DNA from: Actinomycetota bacterium
GTDB taxonomy: Bacteria; Actinomycetota; Actinomycetes; Mycobacteriales; SCTD01
Direction: 5' to 3'
DNA length: 64,000 nucleotides
NCBI GenBank assembly: GCA_033851845.1
Contig: JAWWOH010000036.1
Coordinates: 3,945 to 67,944, forward strand
The position numbers were made by a program, and so were the translations under genes. The notes under the pieces were generated by a model. That model had not been told where the DNA came from, searched no databases, and saw only the letters and a list, made by a program, of their open reading frames with translations. Positions 47,902 to 57,429 of this stretch are shown piece by piece (positions within the stretch are counted from its first letter, which is position 1; the number at the start of each line of letters is the position of its first letter).

Positions 47902-50146
47902 GCCGACGACGAAGTGCCACGGCGAGCGCGATGAGTCCGAGGCCGACCAGCGGCAGCTGCAGCCCGAGGCCCGTGGCCGCGAGGTTGCCGCCGCTGGGCG
48001 CTCCGGAGCCGCCACCGGAGGCGGGCGGCGGGGCGCCGCCGCCCTTGGGCGGAGTCACCGGCGTGACCGGTGCGGCAGCGTTGCCGACGACGTGGTTGAA
48101 CGGTGCCGTCTGGTCGAGCACGTTGATGACGCCCTCGGGGTTGCCCGACAAGGAGGCGAGCGTCGAGCCGGTGAACGCGGTCGCGCTGTAGATCGGTTGG
48201 CCGCGCTTCGCGCCGGGGATGTCGGCGAACGGCACATGCAGGGTGATGGTGCCGTTCGGCTTGTAGTCGCCCTTGATCGCGCGTGCGCTGTCGAAGGCCA
48301 TGCTGATCTGCACCCCGGCCGGACTCGGTGCGCCGACGTCGCCGTCGAAGAACCGCGGTGCCTGACCGGCGACGCTCTCCATACCCGCGTAGTAGATGTG
48401 CCCGTTGCCTGGAGTCGCGGGGTTGTACGTCGTGAAGCGGGTGATCCACGTCCCCGTCGTACCGCCTGCCGTCGGGTTGATCTGCAGGCTCTCCAGCGAC
48501 TTGACCTTCATCGTGATGACCAACCCCCCGGCGTCCTCGCTGACGGAGGCAGCCGTGAGGTCGACGTTGTCGCCGGCCGGTGTGCGGGTGCTGTTCGCGC
48601 TGTAGAGGCTGTCGCCGCTGCGATCGCTGATCGTGTTGACGGGCAGCGAGCCGTGCGGCGTCTTGCCCGCGATCATGGTCGGTCCACCGATCTGCTTCTG
48701 GTAGACCGGCGGGCCGTTCTCGGCAACCGCTCCGGTCGGCCCGGTCGTGAAGCTGTTGGACGTGTCGTCGACGTACACGAGGGCGAGGCCGCCGTCCTGG
48801 TCGACACCGAGGTTGAGGTAGTCACCGAGCGACCGGTCGCCCATCGACACCGTGCAGGTCGTGCCGGCTGTGCAGATCGGTCCGTACTTGATGGGGTGCT
48901 CGCTCGCCGTCACGACGTCGTAGTGCGGGTTCGCGGCCAGCGCGTCGATGCTCTGCGCGACCTGCACCGAGAACTCCGCGTGCGCGAGGTCGTCGAAGGC
49001 GTACTTGCCGCTCTCGCCCTCTTCGTTCGCGTGGTACCACGCGACGGCGACCCGGCCCTCGCTGCCTGCGGTCAGCCACGGGAACGCGTTGGAGCCGTCC
49101 TTGCTGACAAGCACGGACGGTCCCCAGGTGCTGCCACCGTCCTTGGACACGTTGACGTAGACGCCGTACGGCGCCTTCGGCTCCTGCGCGCTGTTGACGA
49201 GATAGAGGTTGCCGGCGCTGTCCTGCTGGATGGTCGGGAAGTTCGTCGACCCGCAGATGCCGGAGGTGTTGCCGTTCTTCAGCGGGCAGATGTCGCCGTT
49301 GACGAGCACGTCCTTCCAGGTCGCGGTCGTGACTGCCGCCTGCCCGCTGCCCGTGGTCGTCGGGTGGCCGACGCTCACGTAGACCGAGTTGCCGTTCTGC
49401 CCGCTGTGGGCGATCACCAGGTCGCCCTTCTTCGTGAGGATCTGGTTGCCCGGCAGGCCCTCCTCGTTCGTCACGCAGTTGACGACACCGCCACCGAGGC
49501 AGTCCGGCCCCGGGTTCGCGTTGACGACCGGCGTGAAGTTGGCGCCGTCATGACTGACGATCTCGACCAGCTGATTGCCGATGGGGCTGTTCGGGCTCGT
49601 GTTGGACAGGACCGCGTCGTACTCCTCGTAGATCGCGAAATCCGGGTCACCGAGCTTGCCGTGGCTGGCATACCACATCCGGTCGACCGGGGTGTTCGGC
49701 GCAGAGGTGCAGGAGAAGTTGAAGGTCTTCCCGCCGTCGGTGCTGACCGCGTTGGACAGGTTCGAGAGGTTCTGCAGGTCGGACAGGTAGAGGTTGTCGC
49801 CCTCGTCACGCTGCAGCTCGGTGTCGCCGCCGCCCTGCGGGCATGTCAGCGGCTTGCCGACGCCGAACTGGCCCGGGATGAGCTGGAAGCTGTCGCCGCT
49901 GTCGAGGGAGTTCCAGATGAAGCTGTGCGCCTGCGACGAGCCGTTGGGCACGCTCGAGTACAGGACGTTCTTGGAGCTCACGACGATGTCCGGCTCGAAG
50001 CCCGAGCGCTGGTGATCGATGATCACCTCGTGGCCGAAGACAGGGCCGGCCGGCGTGCTCGTCGCGGCGCCGGCCGGGAATGCGGCGGCGGCGGCACCGG
50101 CCAGAGCCAGAGCGGACAGGATCAGGGGCAGGCGACGCAGACGCAC
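47894..50146 (-). CDS. Secreted Asp-box beta-propeller protein with sortase-type LAxTG anchor
   Basis: Signal peptide; SLDSGDSF, STDGGKTF, SHDGANF, SKDGGSTW; C-terminal LAATG + hydrophobic helix + RRRRA. Confidence 0.88.
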   Translation of the reverse strand: MRLRRLPLILSALALAGAAAAAFPAGAATSTPAGPVFGHEVIIDHQRSGFEPDIVVSSKNVLYSSVPNGSSQAHSFIWNSLDSGDSFQLIPGQFGVGKPLTCPQGGGDTELQRDEGDNLYLSDLQNLSNLSNAVSTDGGKTFNFSCTSAPNTPVDRMWYASHGKLGDPDFAIYEEYDAVLSNTSPNSPIGNQLVEIVSHDGANFTPVVNANPGPDCLGGGVVNCVTNEEGLPGNQILTKKGDLVIAHSGQNGNSVYVSVGHPTTTGSGQAAVTTATWKDVLVNGDICPLKNGNTSGICGSTNFPTIQQDSAGNLYLVNSAQEPKAPYGVYVNVSKDGGSTWGPSVLVSKDGSNAFPWLTAGSEGRVAVAWYHANEEGESGKYAFDDLAHAEFSVQVAQSIDALAANPHYDVVTASEHPIKYGPICTAGTTCTVSMGDRSLGDYLNLGVDQDGGLALVYVDDTSNSFTTGPTGAVAENGPPVYQKQIGGPTMIAGKTPHGSLPVNTISDRSGDSLYSANSTRTPAGDNVDLTAASVSEDAGGLVITMKVKSLESLQINPTAGGTTGTWITRFTTYNPATPGNGHIYYAGMESVAGQAPRFFDGDVGAPSPAGVQISMAFDSARAIKGDYKPNGTITLHVPFADIPGAKRGQPIYSATAFTGSTLASLSGNPEGVINVLDQTAPFNHVVGNAAAPVTPVTPPKGGGAPPPASGGGSGAPSGGNLAATGLGLQLPLVGLGLIALAVALRRRRA

Positions 50147-50181
50147 AGGGACTCCTCAGGACAGCTTTCGACTCGTCAGCC

Positions 50182-50207
50182 TTCTCCACTGACGGGCGCA
50201 TACCTGC
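50182..50207 (-). promoter_or_regulatory. Putative promoter GCAGG-N16-GAGAA
   Basis: Upstream of the LAxTG propeller gene. Confidence 0.55.
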
Positions 50208-50268
50208 ACCAGGCAACATCTCGATCGAGCCACGGAACAGACCAGGCTCCCCACACGCTGAGGTGAGC

Positions 50269-50673
50269 ATGACCTTCCCTGTTGAGAAGACCGACGAGCA
50301 GTGGCGCCAGGAACTGACCCCGGAGGAGTACGCCGTACTCCGCAAGGCCGGGACCGAGCGGCCCTGGACGGGTGAGTACAACGAGACCAAGACCGAGGGC
50401 GTCTACTCGTGTCGCGCCTGCGGCGGCGAGCTGTTCACGTCGGATACCAAGTTCGACTCGCACTGCGGCTGGCCGAGCTTCTACGCGCCGACGTCCGAGG
50501 ACAACGTGATCCTGCGTGAGGACAAGACCCTGGGCATGAAGCGGGTAGAGGTGCTCTGCGCCAGCTGCGGCTCGCACCTGGGGCACGTCTTCGACGACGC
50601 TCCCCAGACACCGACCGGCGACCGCTACTGCATGAACAGCGTGTCGCTGCGACTCCAGCCCAAGGAGTCCTAG
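50269..50673 (+). CDS. msrB: Peptide-methionine (R)-S-oxide reductase
   Basis: GTERPWTG, CRAC, GWPSF, CASCGSHLGHVF, RYCMNS. Confidence 0.96.
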   Translation: MTFPVEKTDEQWRQELTPEEYAVLRKAGTERPWTGEYNETKTEGVYSCRACGGELFTSDTKFDSHCGWPSFYAPTSEDNVILREDKTLGMKRVEVLCASCGSHLGHVFDDAPQTPTGDRYCMNSVSLRLQPKES

Positions 50674-51377
50674 GGCAGCGAGGCGACGAGGTCGGCGGGC
50701 GACTTCATGCCGCCCGTGAAGAACGGCGTCTCGTGCTTCATGTGCAGTCGCGCCTTCGCACCACGCAGGTGCCGCATGATGTCGACGAGACGGTGCAGCT
50801 CGTCGGCCTCGAACGCCAGCAGCCACTCGTAGTCGCCGAGCGCGAACGCGGCGACCGTGTTGGCCAGGACGTCCTCGTACTCCCGCGCCATGATGCCGTG
50901 CTCGCTGAGCATCGCCCGCCGCTCCGCGTCCGGCAGCAGGTACCACTCGAGCGATCGGTTGAAGGGGTAGACGCAGACGTACTTCTTCGGCTCGGTACGA
51001 CGCAGGTACGCCGGGATGTGGTTCTTGTTGAACTCCGCCGGCCGGTGCAGGCCGACGCTCGACCAGACCGGCGCGAGGTGCCGGCCGAGCCGGGTCTGCC
51101 GGAACCGGCTGTAGGTGTCTTGCAGCACGTCGACATCGGGTGACGTCCACCAGATGAGGAGGTCGGCATCGGCCTTGAGGCCGCTCACGTCGTACGTGCC
51201 CCGGGTGTAGACGCCCTTCTCCAGCGCCGCGTCCAAGAACGCCTGCAGCTCCTCGGCGAGATCCACCCGCTCCGCGTCCGGCAGCGGCGTCACCGACTTG
51301 AACACGCTGTACATCGTGTAGTGCAGCTGCTCGTTGAGCTCGCGTGCCTTCGTCGTCTCAGGCCTGTCGTCCGTCAT
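50670..51377 (-). CDS. hemQ: Coproheme decarboxylase (HemQ/ChdC)
   Basis: HRPAEFNKNHIPA, YPFNRSLEWY, EHG, FALGDYEW, PFFTG. Confidence 0.93.
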   Translation of the reverse strand: MTDDRPETTKARELNEQLHYTMYSVFKSVTPLPDAERVDLAEELQAFLDAALEKGVYTRGTYDVSGLKADADLLIWWTSPDVDVLQDTYSRFRQTRLGRHLAPVWSSVGLHRPAEFNKNHIPAYLRRTEPKKYVCVYPFNRSLEWYLLPDAERRAMLSEHGIMAREYEDVLANTVAAFALGDYEWLLAFEADELHRLVDIMRHLRGAKARLHMKHETPFFTGGMKSPADLVASLP

Positions 51378-52728
51378 GCACACCATTGTGAAGCAGTACG
51401 CCGGCAGCCGCGTCCTGGCCGCTCTTGATCACAGCCGGCACACCTACCCCGTCGTACGCCGCACCGGCCACGGCGAGCCCGGCCGGCAGCGACTGCTTGA
51501 TGCGGCGTACCCGGTCGAGATGCCCGACGGCGTACTGCGGCAGGCCGCCACCCCACCTGGTCACCCGGCTGTCCACCAGCGGGCCGACCGGACCGACGAT
51601 GCGCTCGAGCTCTGCCAGCACGACCCGGACCAGCTCGCCGTCCTCGCGCTGCAGCTCGACCTCGTCGCCGTACCTGCCGACGCTGGCCCGGACCACCGCC
51701 GGCCCGGGGAGCGACCACTTGCGGCTGGTGAAGGTCACCGCCTTCGTCGTGAGTCCCTCGACCGCCGGCACCAGGTATCCGCTCCCCCGCCCGGGGGTCT
51801 CGCCGTCGAGGACGAGCGTCACGATCGCGACGCTCGCGTAGTCGATGCCGGCGAGCTGTCCGGCCGCGGTAGGGGCGACGTCGCGCAGCAACCGGGCGGC
51901 CGGGGCAGCCGGCACGGCCAGCACGACGGCGTTCGCCTCGAGATAGGACGGGTCAGCGGTCGACCCCGTCGTCAGTTGCCAGCCGGTGGGAGTCCGGTCG
52001 AGCGCGCGGACCGTCGTGCCCGTCTTGATCGTCGCGCCGGATGCCGCCGCGACGGCGGCCGGCAGCCGGCCCAAGCCACCGGGAAGACCGGCGAAGACGA
52101 GGCCACTCGCGGTCCCGCGCGCAGCGCGGGCGGCCAGGACGAGCGACCGGTGCGTCGTCAGCGCGGCGGCGAGCTGCGGCATCGTCGCCTGAAGCGACAG
52201 GCGATCCGCGCGACCGGCGTACACCCCACCCAGCAGCGGGTCGACGAGCAGCTCCACCACCTCGCGACCGAGCCGCCGCCCTACCAGCTCGCCGACGGAG
52301 ACGTCGTCGGTCACCGGCCTCCCCGGCAGCACGAGGTCGAGCGGCACCCGGGCCAGACCACGAGCCGAGAGGACGTCGCTGCGGGCCAGCGTCGTCAGGT
52401 CCGCAGGTACGCCGAGCACCGTGCCGGTTGGCAGCGGCAGCAGCCGGCCACGGGCCCGGACGAAGGCCGCGCCCGTCGCCGGTGACGTCAGCTCGTCACC
52501 GAGTCCGGCAGCGACAGCGAGGTCGACACCCTGCGGCACCCGCCGCAGCATGGAGTCCGCACCCTCGTCGACTGCGACGCCACCGACGTCACTCACGCGT
52601 AGCTTCCCGCCGACCCGCGACGACGCCTCCACGACGATGACGTCGGCGACGTCACGCAGGGCGTACGCGGCGGCGAGACCCGCCATGCCACCCCCGACGA
52701 CCGCGACGGTCGGACGGGCAGTGGACAC
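51358..52728 (-). CDS. hemG: Copro/protoporphyrinogen oxidase (HemG/HemY, CgoX)
   Basis: VVGGGMAGLAAA, VGGKL, DEGADS, PLLGGVYAG, LPQYAVGH, GVGVPA; GTG at 52728. Confidence 0.93.
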   Translation of the reverse strand: MSTARPTVAVVGGGMAGLAAAYALRDVADVIVVEASSRVGGKLRVSDVGGVAVDEGADSMLRRVPQGVDLAVAAGLGDELTSPATGAAFVRARGRLLPLPTGTVLGVPADLTTLARSDVLSARGLARVPLDLVLPGRPVTDDVSVGELVGRRLGREVVELLVDPLLGGVYAGRADRLSLQATMPQLAAALTTHRSLVLAARAARGTASGLVFAGLPGGLGRLPAAVAAASGATIKTGTTVRALDRTPTGWQLTTGSTADPSYLEANAVVLAVPAAPAARLLRDVAPTAAGQLAGIDYASVAIVTLVLDGETPGRGSGYLVPAVEGLTTKAVTFTSRKWSLPGPAVVRASVGRYGDEVELQREDGELVRVVLAELERIVGPVGPLVDSRVTRWGGGLPQYAVGHLDRVRRIKQSLPAGLAVAGAAYDGVGVPAVIKSGQDAAAGVLLHNGVHDGRQA

Positions 52729-52769
52729 GAATCGAGAGTAGGTCGTGACGATCCCGATACCCGTCGAAC

Positions 52770-52795
52770 GCAACCGGCGCGGATCCTGCGACGTC
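52770..52795 (+). promoter_or_regulatory. ECF-type promoter GCAACC-N16-CGTC
   Basis: Upstream of the DUF4349 lipoprotein; same geometry as the site at 46586. Confidence 0.5.
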
Positions 52796-52823
52796 CAACC
52801 GGCAACCCGACCGAGGAGCTGCC

Positions 52824-53669
52824 ATGCGTCGCATCGCCGTTGTCATCGCCCTGCTCGTGCTGCTCGCCGGCTGCGGCGGAGGCGGCGAGAGCGCCGGCAG
52901 CGGGGCCATGTCGAAGGCTGCCGGCGCCGACGCCAAGGCCGCACCTCCCGCCGGCACGAGTGAGCAGGTGAAACCGGTCGTCGACAAGGCCAAGCCGGTC
53001 ACCGTCCCGCGTTCCTTGATCCGCACGGCGCAGCTGCAGGTCCGCGTCGACGACGTGAAGAAGGCAGCGGCCGAGGCGGAGCAGACGGTCGAAGCGGCAG
53101 GCGGTGAGCGCTCGGATGAGCAGCTCGACCTGCAGGCATCGCACCCGACGGCATCGCTGCAGCTGCTCGTGCCGCCGGCTCGACTCGGGACCAGCCTGTC
53201 CCGGCTGAGCGCACTCGGCGAGGAGCTCTCCCGTCGGCTCGGCACCGACGACGTCACCGACGAAGTCGTCGACCTCGACAGCCGGCTGGCCACGCAGCGC
53301 ACCAGCGTCGCGCGCGTCCGCGCGCTGCTCGACCAGGCCGGCAACCTCAACGACGTCGTGCGCATCGAGGCCGAGCTCTCGCGACGGGAGGCCGACCTGG
53401 AGTCGTTGCAGCAACGCGTGCGCGCCATCTCCGGCCAGGTCGCGATGTCGGAGATCACCCTCTCCCTCACCAGCCAGGCCCCAAAGCCGAAGCCGAAGCT
53501 GGCGACCACGATCGGGTTCACCAGCGGCCTCAACGGTGGCTGGCACGCCTTCACGGCGGCGGCGCGCGTCGCAGCCGCCGCGGTCGGCGCGCTGCTGCCG
53601 TTCCTCCCGGTGCTCGCGGTGGTGATCGGCGGGGCGCTCTGGTGGCGCCGTCGGGTCGCGGCGGCCTGA
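52824..53669 (+). CDS. DUF4349 lipoprotein
   Basis: Lipobox LLAGC; RSLIRTA, DDVTDEVVDLDSR, coiled coil, C-terminal TM + RRR. Confidence 0.88.
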   Translation: MRRIAVVIALLVLLAGCGGGGESAGSGAMSKAAGADAKAAPPAGTSEQVKPVVDKAKPVTVPRSLIRTAQLQVRVDDVKKAAAEAEQTVEAAGGERSDEQLDLQASHPTASLQLLVPPARLGTSLSRLSALGEELSRRLGTDDVTDEVVDLDSRLATQRTSVARVRALLDQAGNLNDVVRIEAELSRREADLESLQQRVRAISGQVAMSEITLSLTSQAPKPKPKLATTIGFTSGLNGGWHAFTAAARVAAAAVGALLPFLPVLAVVIGGALWWRRRVAAA

Positions 53670-53688
53670 CCGCCTTACGCTCCGGCGC

Positions 53689-55212
53689 GTGGAGCGACGT
53701 CAGCTGGTCCTGGTCGCGACCTGCTTGGCGTCGTTCACCGCCACCCTCGACAACACCGTCGTCGCGGTCGCGCTCCGCGACATCCAGCGCGACCTGGGCG
53801 CGGGCGTGTCCGGCCTGCAGGGCGTCGTCACCGGTTACACCGTCGCCCTTGCGGCACTGCTGCTCACCGGCGGCGCGCTCGCCGACATCGCGGGTCGACG
53901 CCGTGTCTTCGTGACCGGCCTCGCGATCTTTGCCGGCGCGTCCGTCGCCTGTGCCGCCGCGGGATCGGTGTCCGCGCTGGTGGCCGCCCGGGTCGTGCAG
54001 GGTGCCGGTGCGGCGCTGGTGATCCCCGGCGGGCTGGCCGTCCTGGCCGAGGCATATCCCGACGCCGGGCCACGCGCCCGCGCCGTCGGCAGCTGGGCCG
54101 CCACCGGCGCGCTTGCCCTCGCGGTCGGTCCCGTCGTCGGGGGAGTGCTGGTCGCGGCGCACGGCTGGCAGCTCGTCTTCGAGGTCAACGTCCCGCTCTG
54201 CATCGCGATCGCGGTCGTCGTGCTGCTCGCTCCACGTGGCGCACCCCGGGTCGCCGGCCGCCGCCTCGATCTCCCCGGTCAGGTGCTCGTCGCGCTCGGC
54301 CTGGCCATGACGACGTACGCCGTCGTCCTCGTCGGCCGCGACGGCTGGACGCGTGCCGTCGCGATCAGCGCAGCCGTCGGGGTGTTGGCGCTGGTCGGGT
54401 TCGCGCTCGTCGAGCGGCGTACTGCCGATCCGCTCCTGCCGCACGGCCTGTTCGCGGAGCGGACATTTCTCGGTACGACGACAGCCGCCCTCGCGGCCAG
54501 CCTCGCGGTGTTCGTGCTGCTGGTCTTCCTCAGCCTGTTCCTGCAGCTCGTCCAGCAGCGGGACGCACTACCGGCAGCCTTGCGACTGCTGCCCCTCACC
54601 GTGGGGCTCGTCGTCGTAGCCGTCCCGGCTGCGCGCTTCGCTCATCGGCGCGGTCCACGACTGCCCGTCGTCGGCGGGCTCGTCCTTTCCGCCATCGGGC
54701 TGCTGCTACTGGCAGGTGCGCTCTCGCCGGGCATCGGTGCGGCCGCGCTCGGGCTGCTGCTGGGCGCGATCGGTGTCGGCCTCGGCCTCACCGGCGCTCC
54801 GGTCGTCGCCGCATCACTCGATGCGGTGACGAGTGAACGACGAGGACTGGCGGCGGCTGTCGTCAACGCGGCGCGAGAGCTCGGCGGGATCATCGCGATC
54901 GGTGGCCTGGGCGCCGTCGTGGTGTCCCGGCTTGCTGCCGACCTCACCAGCCGCCTGGTCGCCCTGGGCGTGACGCCGGCCAAGTCGGCCGTGCTCGTCG
55001 ACGCGGTGCTGCGCGGCGAGGACCAGACCGAGGTCGTCAAGCGGGCCGGACCGACTGTGGGCCTGGACGCGCTGCTCAAGCTGCGCCATCTCGCGGCGGT
55101 CTCCTACGTCAACAGCACCCGGCTCGCCCTCACCGGCGCCGCCGCCCTGCTCCTCGCCGCTGCCGCCGTCGCTGCCACGACGCTCCGCCGTACGCCCACG
55201 GGCCGACGCTGA
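53689..55212 (+). CDS. MFS efflux transporter (DHA2/EmrB-like)
   Basis: LDNTVVAVAL, GGALADIAGRRR, ARVVQGAG, GPVVGG, NVP; many TM helices. Confidence 0.92.
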   Translation: MERRQLVLVATCLASFTATLDNTVVAVALRDIQRDLGAGVSGLQGVVTGYTVALAALLLTGGALADIAGRRRVFVTGLAIFAGASVACAAAGSVSALVAARVVQGAGAALVIPGGLAVLAEAYPDAGPRARAVGSWAATGALALAVGPVVGGVLVAAHGWQLVFEVNVPLCIAIAVVVLLAPRGAPRVAGRRLDLPGQVLVALGLAMTTYAVVLVGRDGWTRAVAISAAVGVLALVGFALVERRTADPLLPHGLFAERTFLGTTTAALAASLAVFVLLVFLSLFLQLVQQRDALPAALRLLPLTVGLVVVAVPAARFAHRRGPRLPVVGGLVLSAIGLLLLAGALSPGIGAAALGLLLGAIGVGLGLTGAPVVAASLDAVTSERRGLAAAVVNAARELGGIIAIGGLGAVVVSRLAADLTSRLVALGVTPAKSAVLVDAVLRGEDQTEVVKRAGPTVGLDALLKLRHLAAVSYVNSTRLALTGAAALLLAAAAVAATTLRRTPTGRR

Positions 55213-55270
55213 CTGCCTAGCATGGCCGCACCGACGCGAGCGCCGATCGCGTCCGCTGCTGGGGGGCGGC

Positions 55271-56086
55271 ATGCCGGCATCACCTGCAACACCGCGATCC
55301 ACGCTGCTGGCCTTCAACACCGTCGAGCGGCTGCTGCGGGGCGACTACTTCCACAGCGTGGCTCTCGACGAGCTCACCGCAGCGCTCGCAGACTTCCCGT
55401 CCTGCTGGCCGGTGTGCGGGATCGGTACGACGAACTGGTACCGGCGCAACGGCGAGGTCATCGTCGACGGCTCAGCGGGACGCCCGGCGATCTGGTGGGC
55501 CGATCCCGGCGCCAGCCCAGCCGCGAAGGTCGTCGACCTCCTGCGCGACGCGCGCGTAGAGGACCTGCACCTGACCTCGCCGTCGATGGCGGAGGACGGC
55601 TCCGAGGCCCGGCTGCCGTTCGTAGCGGTGGGCGTGGCCGACCCCGACCTCCGCGTCGAGGTGCGGGTGCCGGCCGGGGCAGACCTGCACGCCGCCGTCG
55701 CCGAGAGGTGCGCCGACGCCAACGTCGGCCTCGCCGCTGTCCGCGCATCGCTGGTCGCCGCCGTCGACTACCAGACCGTCTGCCACCTTCCCCTCGGCGG
55801 CGCCGCGTCGCTGGACGACGCCGAAGCGGTCCGGGGCAGCGCTGCGTCACAGCCGTGGGTGCTCGCGGGGGTCTACGCGTGCAACCCGACGGTGCAGGCC
55901 ATCACCTCGGTCGCGGGCAGCTCGCTGCACCTGCACGGTTACAGCGATGCCTCCCACGTCGGTGGGCACGTTCGCGCAGCCACGCCCGTTGCTGTCAGCA
56001 CCGTCGAGGTGTTCCCGCTGCGCGATGTGGTGCTGCGCATCCGCGACCTCGACAGCGCCGTGCTCCCGGTCCGCCCGCTCCGCTGA
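55271..56086 (+). CDS. Divergent alpha-acetolactate decarboxylase-fold protein
   Basis: LLRGDY, GIGT...NGEVI.DG, LPFVAV, VAG..LHLH...GGHV zinc motif. Confidence 0.65.
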   Translation: MPASPATPRSTLLAFNTVERLLRGDYFHSVALDELTAALADFPSCWPVCGIGTTNWYRRNGEVIVDGSAGRPAIWWADPGASPAAKVVDLLRDARVEDLHLTSPSMAEDGSEARLPFVAVGVADPDLRVEVRVPAGADLHAAVAERCADANVGLAAVRASLVAAVDYQTVCHLPLGGAASLDDAEAVRGSAASQPWVLAGVYACNPTVQAITSVAGSSLHLHGYSDASHVGGHVRAATPVAVSTVEVFPLRDVVLRIRDLDSAVLPVRPLR

Positions 56087-56087
56087 C

Positions 56088-57110
56088 CTACAAGCCCTCG
56101 TGGACCGTGTCGACGATGAGCTTCAGCACATCTGGATCGGTCTCAGGGAGCACGCCGTGGCCGAGGTTGAACACGTGTCCCTCGGCCGCCTTGCCGGCCT
56201 CGAGCACGTCGTGGACCTTGCTGCGTACGACGTCTGCCGGGGCGAACACCAGCGTCGGGTCGAGGTTTCCCTGCACGGCGCGGCCCGGCCCGATCCGGCG
56301 GACCGCTTCGTCGAGCGGCACCCGCCAGTCGACCCCGACGACGTCGGCACCGGCCTCTCCCAGGTCGTGCAGCAGCTCGCCCGTGCCGACGCCGAAGTGG
56401 ATGCGCGGCACGTCGCTCACTCCGGCCAGCACTCGCGCCGAGTGCGGCTGGACGAAGCGCCGGTAGTCGGCGGCCGGCAGCGCACCGACCCATGAGTCGA
56501 ACAGCTGCACTGCCGACGCACCCGCGTCGATCTGCACGCGCAGGAACGCCAGCGTGATCTGGGCCAGTCGCTCGAGCAACGCCGACCAGAGCTGCGGGTC
56601 GCCGTACATCAAGGCCTTGGTCTTGGCGTGGTTCTTCGACGGACCGCCCTCGACGAGGTACGACGCCAGGGTGAAGGGCGCGCCGGCGAAGCCGATCAGC
56701 GGTGTCGCGGCAAGCTCACCGACCAGCTGACCGACGGACTGGGCGATGTACGGCACGTCGGCCGGAGTGAGCTCGCGCGGCAGGTCCACCGAGGTCCGGA
56801 CCGGCGACGCGACAACCGGCCCGACGCCGGGAACGATGTCGAGGTCGACACCAACGGCCTTCAGCGGCACCACGATGTCGCTGAAGAAGATCGCCGCGTC
56901 GACGCCGAGCCGGCGCACCGGCTGCAACGTGATCTCGGTGACCATGTCGGGCTGCATGCAGCTGTCGAGCATCGCGGTGCCCTCGCGCAGCTTGCGGTAC
57001 TCCGGCAGCGCCCGGCCGGCCTGTCGCATGAACCAGACGGGGGTGTGCGGTACGGGCTCGCGGCGGCAGGCGCGCAGGAAGGCCGAGTCGTACGACGGGG
57101 GCGTGGTCAT
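56088..57110 (-). CDS. hemE: Uroporphyrinogen decarboxylase
   Basis: [47 protein letters not shown]. Confidence 0.97.
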   Translation of the reverse strand: MTTPPSYDSAFLRACRREPVPHTPVWFMRQAGRALPEYRKLREGTAMLDSCMQPDMVTEITLQPVRRLGVDAAIFFSDIVVPLKAVGVDLDIVPGVGPVVASPVRTSVDLPRELTPADVPYIAQSVGQLVGELAATPLIGFAGAPFTLASYLVEGGPSKNHAKTKALMYGDPQLWSALLERLAQITLAFLRVQIDAGASAVQLFDSWVGALPAADYRRFVQPHSARVLAGVSDVPRIHFGVGTGELLHDLGEAGADVVGVDWRVPLDEAVRRIGPGRAVQGNLDPTLVFAPADVVRSKVHDVLEAGKAAEGHVFNLGHGVLPETDPDVLKLIVDTVHEGL

Positions 57111-57138
57111 GGGCGCCGATCGTCCCATGTCACCGAAG

Positions 57139-57163
57139 GGCGGCGGCGCGCCTCCGCCGTTTT
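57139..57163 (+). terminator. Terminator-like hairpin with T-tract
   Basis: GGCGGCGG-N7-CCGCCG-TTTT between divergent hemE and the small Cys-rich gene. Confidence 0.35.
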
Positions 57164-57208
57164 GTCGGACCCTGCTGCGAGCGTGGTTCTCGACGAAGGA
57201 GGTGCGCG

Positions 57209-57397
57209 ATGCGCGTTGAGTTCCGCTGGTGTCCCGGCTGTTCCACCCAGACCCTGTTCGAGCAGCCCCCGTGCGACGACGGCCACGGCGTCGACTGCCT
57301 CGACCTCGCGTGCATGGAGTGCGGCTTCGGCCTCACGCTGCGCAACCTGACGCCCATCGACGAGCCACAGCGTAAGGGCACCCATCACGCTGCCTGA
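57209..57397 (+). CDS. Small Cys-rich (zinc-ribbon-like) protein
   Basis: AAGGAGG RBS; CPGC...[12 protein letters not shown]...ACMECG. Confidence 0.75.
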   Translation: MRVEFRWCPGCSTQTLFEQPPCDDGHGVDCLDLACMECGFGLTLRNLTPIDEPQRKGTHHAA

Positions 57398-57429
57398 TCT
57401 CGTAGCCGCGGCTCTGCCCCCGACGTCGC

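Noticed and set aside
47174-50266. 1030-aa plus-strand ORF
   Set aside because: Antisense shadow of the LAxTG propeller gene; long stop-free frames are common in high-GC DNA
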